Of a DNA stretch of 64,000 bases, positions 57,570 to 64,000 are shown piece by piece; positions within the stretch are counted from its first letter, which is position 1, and each line of letters opens with the position of its first letter. The notes below the pieces were generated by a model. That model saw only the letters and a list, made by a program, of their open reading frames with translations. It was not told the DNA's origin and searched no databases. Both the position numbers and the translations under genes were made by a program. The stretch spans positions 128,001 through 192,000 of the forward strand of contig CAWFCQ010000004.1 of the NCBI GenBank assembly GCA_963814375.1. The letters are read 5' to 3'. Origin of the DNA: an uncultured Chloroflexia bacterium (GTDB lineage: Bacteria; Chloroflexota; Limnocylindria; QHBO01).

Positions 57570-59000
57570 GTGACGATCACCGGGCAGGGGGTCACTCGGG
57601 CGCGCATCGCCGAGATCGGGGCGCGCGAGGAGGCCGACTACCGGCGCCGCACGCCGAAGAGCGCCGCGCTCTTCGAGCGCGCGCAGCAGTCGATGCCGCT
57701 CGGGGTCGCGAGCTCCTTCCAGGCCTACGAGCCGTACCCGCTGTTCATGACCGATGCGCGCGGCAGCCGGATCAGCGACGCGGATGGCAACGAGTACATC
57801 GACTTCGACATGGCCTTCGGCGTCCTGGCCGCCGGGCACTCGCATCCGATCCTGGCCGAGGCGCTCGAGCGCCGTGTCGCGAACGGCACGTGCTACACAT
57901 TCCCCGTCGAGGATGGCATCGCGCTGGCGGAGGAGATCAAGGCCCGGTTCGGCGCCGATCTCGTCCGGTTCAGCAACTCCGGCACCGAGGCCACGATGGA
58001 CGCCATCCGCGTCGCACGCGGCTACACCGGCCGGGAGAAGATCGTCAAGTTCGAGGGTGGGTACCACGGCCACCACGACGACCTGCTCGTGAGCATCCAG
58101 CCGCCGCGCGACGCGATGGGACCTGCCGAGGCTCCCGCCACCGTTCCCGCCAGTGCCGGCATTCCGCGCAGCCGGATCGCCGAGACGATCGTGGCGCCGT
58201 TCAACGAGCCCGATCTGCTGGCCGCCATCCTCGAGGCTCATCGCGACCAGATCGCGGCGATCATCATCGAGCCGGTCCAGTTCAACATCGGCGTCGTGCC
58301 GCCCCGGCCGGGCTACCTCGAGCGGGTTCGCGATCTCGCCACCGAGCACGGCGCGATCCTCATTTTCGACGAGGTGAAGACCGGCGTCGTCCTGGCGTGG
58401 GGCGGCGCATATGAGTACTTCGGGGTCCAGCCCGACCTCTTCTGCCTCGCAAAGAGCATCGGCGGCGGCATTCCGATCGGCGCGTTCGGCGGCCGCCGCG
58501 AGGTGATGGCGGTCATAGAGACGCTCGAGGGGAATGCCGCGCTTGGCACCGGCATCGAGCGCACCACGATCCCGGGCGGGGCGACGCGCGTGGCCCACCT
58601 GGGAACCTTCAACGGGAATCCGCTCTCGATGACGGCGGGCCTCGTCACCCTCACCCGAATCCTGACGAAGGACGCGTATCCGCCACTGACCGCTCTCGCG
58701 GATCGGCTCACGGCCGGCTGCCAGGGCGTGATCGACGAGTTCGAGCTGCCCGGCTATGCCATCAACGTCGGGCCCAAGGGGTGCGTCATGTTCACTCCGG
58801 AGCGAGTGACGAACTATCGCGACTTCATCGGCCTCGACGCCGAGCTGTGGGCCGCAAGCTTCTTCTATCTCGCCAATCGCGGGATCCTGCTGCCGCCCGG
58901 GCCGGATGACCAGTGGACCCTGTCGGTGCAGCACACCGATGCCGAGGTCGAGCGCCATGTCGCCGTCTTCCGCGAATTCGCCGCGGAGCTGACCGCCTGA
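57570..59000 (+). CDS. Class III PLP aminotransferase (HemL/GSA-like paralog)
   Basis: DADGNEYID, NSGTEATM, FEGGYHG, FDEVKTG, AKSIGGG, GTFNGNP. Confidence 0.88.
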   Translation: MTITGQGVTRARIAEIGAREEADYRRRTPKSAALFERAQQSMPLGVASSFQAYEPYPLFMTDARGSRISDADGNEYIDFDMAFGVLAAGHSHPILAEALERRVANGTCYTFPVEDGIALAEEIKARFGADLVRFSNSGTEATMDAIRVARGYTGREKIVKFEGGYHGHHDDLLVSIQPPRDAMGPAEAPATVPASAGIPRSRIAETIVAPFNEPDLLAAILEAHRDQIAAIIIEPVQFNIGVVPPRPGYLERVRDLATEHGAILIFDEVKTGVVLAWGGAYEYFGVQPDLFCLAKSIGGGIPIGAFGGRREVMAVIETLEGNAALGTGIERTTIPGGATRVAHLGTFNGNPLSMTAGLVTLTRILTKDAYPPLTALADRLTAGCQGVIDEFELPGYAINVGPKGCVMFTPERVTNYRDFIGLDAELWAASFFYLANRGILLPPGPDDQWTLSVQHTDAEVERHVAVFREFAAELTA

Positions 59001-59056
59001 TCGGCTGATCGCTCGCACGCTGCCTGCAGGTACGAATCGGAACACCGGGCGTACTG

Positions 59057-59947
59057 GTGGGTGAGGAGGTTCACCTGATGCTCGAACGCACCGCTCGACC
59101 GCTGCGCGGCCTATCGAACGGCATCGCGTCGGTCACGAATGGGGTGTATGGCGCCCTGGGAGGACCGGGCCGCTTGCTTCAGGACTTCCTGAACGGATCC
59201 TGGCTCGGGCACTCGCTCCACGCCGTGCTCGTCGATGTCGTCATCGGCGGCGCGACCGCCGTGCTCTTCCTCGACATCCTCCGCGTCTTCTTCGGCGTCG
59301 AGGGCACGGAGGATGCGGCGACCTGGATCGTCGGGCTCGTCGTTCTGTCCGCGCTCGGCGCGATCCTCACCGGCCTGACCGACTACAAGGACACTTCGCC
59401 CGATAGCGCGGAGCGGGACGTGGCTGGCATGCATGGCCTCGTCAACATCGTCGCCACCATCGGCTTTGCGATCTCGCTGGCGCAGCGGCTGGGCGGAGGG
59501 CACGACGGCGCCTTCTGGGTGCTCCTCGTGTCGTACCTGGTGGTCAGCGTGGGCGGCTACATCGGCGGCCACGTCGTCTTCAAGTACGGCTACATGGTGA
59601 ACCACAACGCCTTCTCGCGCGGCAAGAAAGCCGCCGAGTTCACGCCGGTGATCGCCGCCGCCGAGGTGCCTGAGGAGACGCCGACGAAGGTCACATTCGG
59701 TGCAACCGCGGTGATGATCGTGCGGCGCGGTGACGTGGTCCACGCCCTCAAGGAGACCTGCTCGCACGCCGGCGGACCGTTGTCGCAGGGCGAGCTGAAG
59801 GGCGACACGATCACCTGCCCGTGGCACTTCTCGACGTTCCGCCTCACCGATGGCGCGGTGCGGCACGGTCCGGCTGGGTCACGGCAGATCTCGTACCGGG
59901 CGCGGATCAACGACGGACAGGTGGAGCTCCAGGGCCCGCACGACTGA
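59057..59947 (+). CDS. DUF2231 membrane domain fused to Rieske [2Fe-2S] domain
   Basis: GSWLGHSLH, TGLTD, HGLVN, GGHVV; CSHAGGPL..CPWHFSTF. Confidence 0.85.
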   Translation: MGEEVHLMLERTARPLRGLSNGIASVTNGVYGALGGPGRLLQDFLNGSWLGHSLHAVLVDVVIGGATAVLFLDILRVFFGVEGTEDAATWIVGLVVLSALGAILTGLTDYKDTSPDSAERDVAGMHGLVNIVATIGFAISLAQRLGGGHDGAFWVLLVSYLVVSVGGYIGGHVVFKYGYMVNHNAFSRGKKAAEFTPVIAAAEVPEETPTKVTFGATAVMIVRRGDVVHALKETCSHAGGPLSQGELKGDTITCPWHFSTFRLTDGAVRHGPAGSRQISYRARINDGQVELQGPHD

Positions 59948-59985
59948 GCATGGACCCCACGTCCATCCGCTAGACTCCGGAGCCC

Positions 59986-61191
59986 GTGCCGAGTGCCACC
60001 GACACCTCGCTCCGAGGAGCCCGCTTGACGTATCTGCCCACCGCCGATCATGACGAGCTGCGTGCCATGGTGCGCGAGCTGGCGGAGGAGCGCATCGCCC
60101 CTCGCGCCGCCGAGATCGACGAAAAGGCCGAATTCCCGTGGGACCTCAAGGAGCTGCTGGCGCAGCAGGACCTCCTCGGCACGTGCTTCGAGGAGCGTCA
60201 CGGCGGCACCGCTCTCGACACCGTGGCTCAGAGCATCCTCGTCGAGGAGATCGCCCGGGCGGACGCCACCACCAGCCTCATCCCGGTCGTCCAGAAGCTC
60301 GGCGCGCTGCCGATCATGCTGGCGGGGACCGATGGGCAGAAGGACCGATACTTCCCACGCCTCGCCTCCGGCGAGTGGCTGGCCGCCTTCGCCCTCACCG
60401 AGGCTGCCGCCGGCAGCGACGTCGCCAGCAACCGGATGCGGGCAACGCGCGACGGCGATGACTTCATCCTGAGCGGGAGCAAGCGCTTCATCACCCACGG
60501 GTCCGTCGCGAACCTCGTCACGGTGTTTGCCCTCACCGATCCGGCCGCTGGCGGCCGCAAGGGGATGAGCGCATTCATCGTCGAGACCGATACGCCCGGC
60601 TTCGCCGCGCCGCGCGTCGAGCACAAGATGGGGATCAGGGGCTCACCGACGGCGGAGCTCACCTTCGATGACGTCCGCGTCCCGCGCGCCAACCTGCTGG
60701 GCGACGAGGGCGACGGCTTCAAGATCGCCATGGCGACCCTCGATCGGTCACGCCTGGGCATCGCGGCCCAGGCGGTCGGCATCTCCCAGGGAGCGCTCGA
60801 CGCTGCGGTGACGTATGCGGCCGAACGGCGGCAGTTCGGCGAGCGCGTCACCGACTTCCAGGGGATCCAGTTCATGCTGGCCGACATGGCGTCGCTGACC
60901 GAGGCGGCGCGGCAGCTGACCTATGCCGCCGCCGCGCGCGTCGACGCATCGGCTCACGACTTGCCGTACTGGACCTCGAGCGCCAAGCTCGTGGCCGGCG
61001 ACACGGCCATGCGCGTCACGACCGATGCGGTCCAGGTCTTGGGCGGATACGGCTATATCACCGAGTACCCCGTGGAGCGCATGATGCGTGACGCGAAGAT
61101 CACGCAGCTCTACGAGGGGACCCAGCAGATCCAGCGCCTCATCGTGGCGCGCCAGCTCCTGATGCGAGCGGGCGTGGCCGAGCGAGGCTGA
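59986..61191 (+). CDS. Acyl-CoA dehydrogenase
   Basis: FALTEAAAGSD, GSKRFIT, KMGIRGSPT, FQGIQF, LGGYGY, YEGTQQIQ. Confidence 0.95.
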   Translation: MPSATDTSLRGARLTYLPTADHDELRAMVRELAEERIAPRAAEIDEKAEFPWDLKELLAQQDLLGTCFEERHGGTALDTVAQSILVEEIARADATTSLIPVVQKLGALPIMLAGTDGQKDRYFPRLASGEWLAAFALTEAAAGSDVASNRMRATRDGDDFILSGSKRFITHGSVANLVTVFALTDPAAGGRKGMSAFIVETDTPGFAAPRVEHKMGIRGSPTAELTFDDVRVPRANLLGDEGDGFKIAMATLDRSRLGIAAQAVGISQGALDAAVTYAAERRQFGERVTDFQGIQFMLADMASLTEAARQLTYAAAARVDASAHDLPYWTSSAKLVAGDTAMRVTTDAVQVLGGYGYITEYPVERMMRDAKITQLYEGTQQIQRLIVARQLLMRAGVAERG

Positions 61192-61221
61192 GACAGCAGC
61201 AGGAGCGAGAGCAAGCGGATC

Positions 61222-62004
61222 GTGAAGATCGTCGTCTGCGTCAAGCAGGTCCCGGCCACCGGCGCCGACAAGCGCTACACCGATGACCTGCGCCTCGATC
61301 GAACCGGCGTCGAGGCCATCATCAACCCACTCGACGAGTACGCCATCGAGCAGGCGCTGCGCCTGGTCGACGACGGCTCGGTCGAGACCGTGACCTACCT
61401 CTCGATGGGCCCTGAGCAGGCATCGGAGGCCCTGCGTCGCGCCCTGGCCATGGGCGGCGACGACGCGGTGCTGGTCAGCGATCCCGCCCTGGCCGGAGCG
61501 GACGAGTGGGCTACCGCTCGCGTGCTCGCCGCCGCGCTGGACAGGCTCGCGCCGGATGTCGCGCTGATGGGGATGGCCTCCGATGACGCCCGTGGCTCGC
61601 TCGTGCCCGGTGCGGTGGCCGCCATGCGAGACGTCCCGCTCCTCTCGTACGGGTCCGAGCTCAAGCTGGCCGATGGGGAGGCGAGCATCCGCCGCCTCTC
61701 GGCGACCGGCTTCGACTGGATCGGCGCGCCGCTGCCGGTCGTCGCGACTGTCACCGACCAGGTCGGCGAGCCGCGCTACGCCAGCCTCAAGGGGATCATG
61801 GCCGCCAAGCGCAAGCCGCTCGAGACATGGTCGCTGGCCGACCTCGACCTCTCCGGCGACGAGCTGCGCGGCGGTGCCCTGACCCAGGTGACCGATGCGC
61901 GTCCGCCGGAGGACAAGCCGCCGACGGAGCGGATCGAGAACATCCCCGCCGCCGAAGCCGCGACGAAGATCGCGGACTGGCTGGCCGCACGAAAGCTGAT
62001 CTGA
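61222..62004 (+). CDS. etfB: Electron transfer flavoprotein beta subunit
   Basis: IVVCVKQVP, NPLDEYAIEQA, ALAMGGD, EPRYASLKGIMAAK. Confidence 0.95.
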   Translation: MKIVVCVKQVPATGADKRYTDDLRLDRTGVEAIINPLDEYAIEQALRLVDDGSVETVTYLSMGPEQASEALRRALAMGGDDAVLVSDPALAGADEWATARVLAAALDRLAPDVALMGMASDDARGSLVPGAVAAMRDVPLLSYGSELKLADGEASIRRLSATGFDWIGAPLPVVATVTDQVGEPRYASLKGIMAAKRKPLETWSLADLDLSGDELRGGALTQVTDARPPEDKPPTERIENIPAAEAATKIADWLAARKLI

Positions 62005-62009
62005 GACCG

Positions 62010-62990
62010 ATGACGAACGACATCCTCTTTCTCGCGGAGTTCAGCGCCGGCAAGCCGGCGCGCTCGGCGCTCGAGCTCGCCACCGGGGCTGCCGAGCTGG
62101 CCTCCCAATCCGGCGGGTCGGCCGTTGCTCTCGCCTACGGATCCGGCGCCGCCGACGGGGCCGCGTCGCTTGGTGCGCAGGGAGCGGCGCGCGCGATCGT
62201 CCTCGGCGACGAGGACCGCCCGGCGATCACCTACGCGCCGGCCGCGGTCGCCGCGGCCACCGATGGCGGCCTCGCCCTCCTCGCCCCGGCCACCCCGAAC
62301 GGCCGCGACCTTGCCGCGGCGCTGGTGGGCAGCCTGCACCTGCCCGCCTTCGGTCCGGTGCGCGCGGCACGGATCAGCGATGGCGTACTCGAGACCGAGC
62401 AGGCGACGCTCCAGGGATCGGTGGTCACGACCTCGCGGCCCGTCGACGGCGCGCCGGCGCCATCGGTCGTGCTGGTGCTCGCCAACACGTTCACGCCGTC
62501 CGAGGGCGGGTCCGGCACCGCTGACGTGAGCGATGCGTCACCGGCCGCAGAATCGGCGCTCACGAAGGCGACCGTGGCGGAGAGCCACGAGGCTGAGGCA
62601 AAGGTCGTGAACCTCGAGGAGGCGACGATCATCGTCGCCGGCGGCCGCGGTGTCGGCGGAGAGGAGGGCTTCGGCCCACTGCGGGATCTTGCGGCGGCGC
62701 TCGGCGGTGCGGTCGGCGCGTCGCGCGCGGCAGCCGATGCGGGCTGGATCCCGTACCAGCTCCAGATCGGCCAGACCGGGAAGGTCGTGAAGCCGGCGCT
62801 CTACATCGGCGCGGGCATCAGCGGAGCGATCCAGCATCGGGTCGGCATGCAGACCGCCGAGCACGTCATCGCGATCAACCGCGACCCCGATGCGCCGATC
62901 GGCGAATTCGCCGATCTGTTCGTGGTCGGGGACCTCTTCCAGATCGTCCCCGCGCTCACGGACGAGATCCGGCGACGCAAGGGCGCGTAG
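62010..62990 (+). CDS. etfA: Electron transfer flavoprotein alpha subunit
   Basis: VAGGRG, GASRAA, QIGQTGK, GISGAIQH, AINRDPDAPI. Confidence 0.95.
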   Translation: MTNDILFLAEFSAGKPARSALELATGAAELASQSGGSAVALAYGSGAADGAASLGAQGAARAIVLGDEDRPAITYAPAAVAAATDGGLALLAPATPNGRDLAAALVGSLHLPAFGPVRAARISDGVLETEQATLQGSVVTTSRPVDGAPAPSVVLVLANTFTPSEGGSGTADVSDASPAAESALTKATVAESHEAEAKVVNLEEATIIVAGGRGVGGEEGFGPLRDLAAALGGAVGASRAAADAGWIPYQLQIGQTGKVVKPALYIGAGISGAIQHRVGMQTAEHVIAINRDPDAPIGEFADLFVVGDLFQIVPALTDEIRRRKGA

Positions 62991-63005
62991 GGTAGGATCG
63001 CCGCG

Positions 63006-63524
63006 ATGCGCGCACTGTTCGGCGGACGCCAACGCAAGCCATTCACCCAGGGCCGCGAGCTCGGTGTGTACCGCAACGAGCTGTACGAGCGCACCCAGCG
63101 CGTCGACGTCCGCCTGGCGCAGGTAGCGGACGACGTGGAGGCCCTGCGTCGCCGCTCGCTCGACCCCGACGAGGTCGTCGTGCGGCTCGGCGAGCACGAG
63201 GAGGCTCTCGATGTCGAGGCTGACGGCCTGCTCGAGATGATGGCCCCGGAGCAGCTCCACGGCCTGCACATGGAGTACGAGGCCAACCTCGAGCGGGCGC
63301 TGCGCGGGATCGTGACCGTCGAGCGGGGCTGCGCCATCACGCGGCTGCCGCATCGGCCGCCGGACGACGAGGAGCCCCACATCTACTACAAGCGCGGGCA
63401 CGGCAACGTCACCCACGCCCGGATGCGGATGGCCGAGATCGTCGACGTGCTCCTCACCTGGGAGCCGGGGCAGCCGGCCGAGGCAACCGTCGCGACACGA
63501 ATGGAGCGCGCGCGCCGCGCCTGA
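63006..63524 (+). CDS. Hypothetical helical protein
   Basis: 172-aa ORF with normal composition; TAGGAT 7 nt upstream of ATG. Confidence 0.7.
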   Translation: MRALFGGRQRKPFTQGRELGVYRNELYERTQRVDVRLAQVADDVEALRRRSLDPDEVVVRLGEHEEALDVEADGLLEMMAPEQLHGLHMEYEANLERALRGIVTVERGCAITRLPHRPPDDEEPHIYYKRGHGNVTHARMRMAEIVDVLLTWEPGQPAEATVATRMERARRA

Positions 63525-63530
63525 CCGGGG

Positions 63531-64000
63531 TCAGCGCGTGAGCGTCACCTTGCCAAGGCCCGGAGGCGCGTCCGGGTCGAGTCCGCGACGCAGGGCAGTC
63601 GCCTCGACGAGGAGCTGGCCCGGCACGACATAGACCATCGGCGTCAGCTCCTCCAACAGAGCACCGGGCAGCGAGAGCGCGCCAGCCGCCGATGCGACTT
63701 CCGGTCCGCCGATCACCGTCGAGATCCCACCGCGTGCCGCCACGCCGGCCAGCGTCTCGTCGACCATGGCGCCCATGGGGCCGGGCGGACGGATGGCGAG
63801 CACGGGCACGCCGGGCTGTGCGAGGACCATCGGCCCGTGCGCGAAGTCGGCGGTCGAGTACGCCTCGGCGAAGAGCCCGCAGGTCTCCTTGAGCTTCAGG
63901 GCCAGCTCGAGGGCGGTAGCGAGGTTGTAGCCGCGCGATACGAGCAGGCCCCGGTCGGCGCGGGCGAATGACTCGACCGCGTCCTCGCCGTCGCCGCCGA
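63531..64000 (-). CDS. SIS-domain protein (GlmS C-terminal-like sugar isomerase/deaminase), 5' truncated by window
   Basis: SRGYNLATALELALKLKETCG..AEAYSTADFAHGP, GLDPDAPPGLGKVT. Confidence 0.88.
   Translation of the reverse strand, partial: GGDGEDAVESFARADRGLLVSRGYNLATALELALKLKETCGLFAEAYSTADFAHGPMVLAQPGVPVLAIRPPGPMGAMVDETLAGVAARGGISTVIGGPEVASAAGALSLPGALLEELTPMVYVVPGQLLVEATALRRGLDPDAPPGLGKVTLTR

Noticed and set aside
57570-59000. Naming the aminotransferase hemL
   Set aside because: Extended N-terminus, Lrp context and no hem genes nearby; more likely a paralog

Overview
Core chromosomal segment of a very GC-rich bacterium (roughly 70% GC by eye). Gene content and order suggest Chloroflexota, possibly Limnocylindria-like; this is inference. 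About 68 protein genes and one tRNA-Pro(GGG) are present, mostly on the + strand. The main blocks are relA-hisS-aspS-iscS-mnmA; a pepA/abgT/SLC13 islet; alaS-[FtsA-like ATPase]-[membrane-anchored baseplate-J-like protein]-ruvX-mltG-pepP-efp-xseAB; dxs-tlyA-[RHH]-nadK-recN-xerD-punA-scpAB-rluB-cmk-plsC-ispH; der-gpsA; guaD; moeA-moaCB; and a FadF/EtfD-acyl-CoA dehydrogenase-etfBA cluster. I see no prophage, IS or CRISPR array. Best leads: (1) a translationally coupled operon of an actin-fold FtsA paralog and a bitopic protein with a phage baseplate-J-like ectodomain, next to mltG, a candidate undescribed envelope or cytoskeletal machine; (2) an uncharacterised ribbon-helix-helix protein with a perfect 16-bp AT-rich palindrome (GTATATAC)x2 upstream of itself and again upstream of ispH; (3) two 94-bp inverted-repeat elements with conserved ends; (4) an Lrp operator array inside the tail of the upstream gene; (5) many apparently leaderless genes. 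Eight reading-frame breaks are all +1 shifts and are probably sequencing errors.
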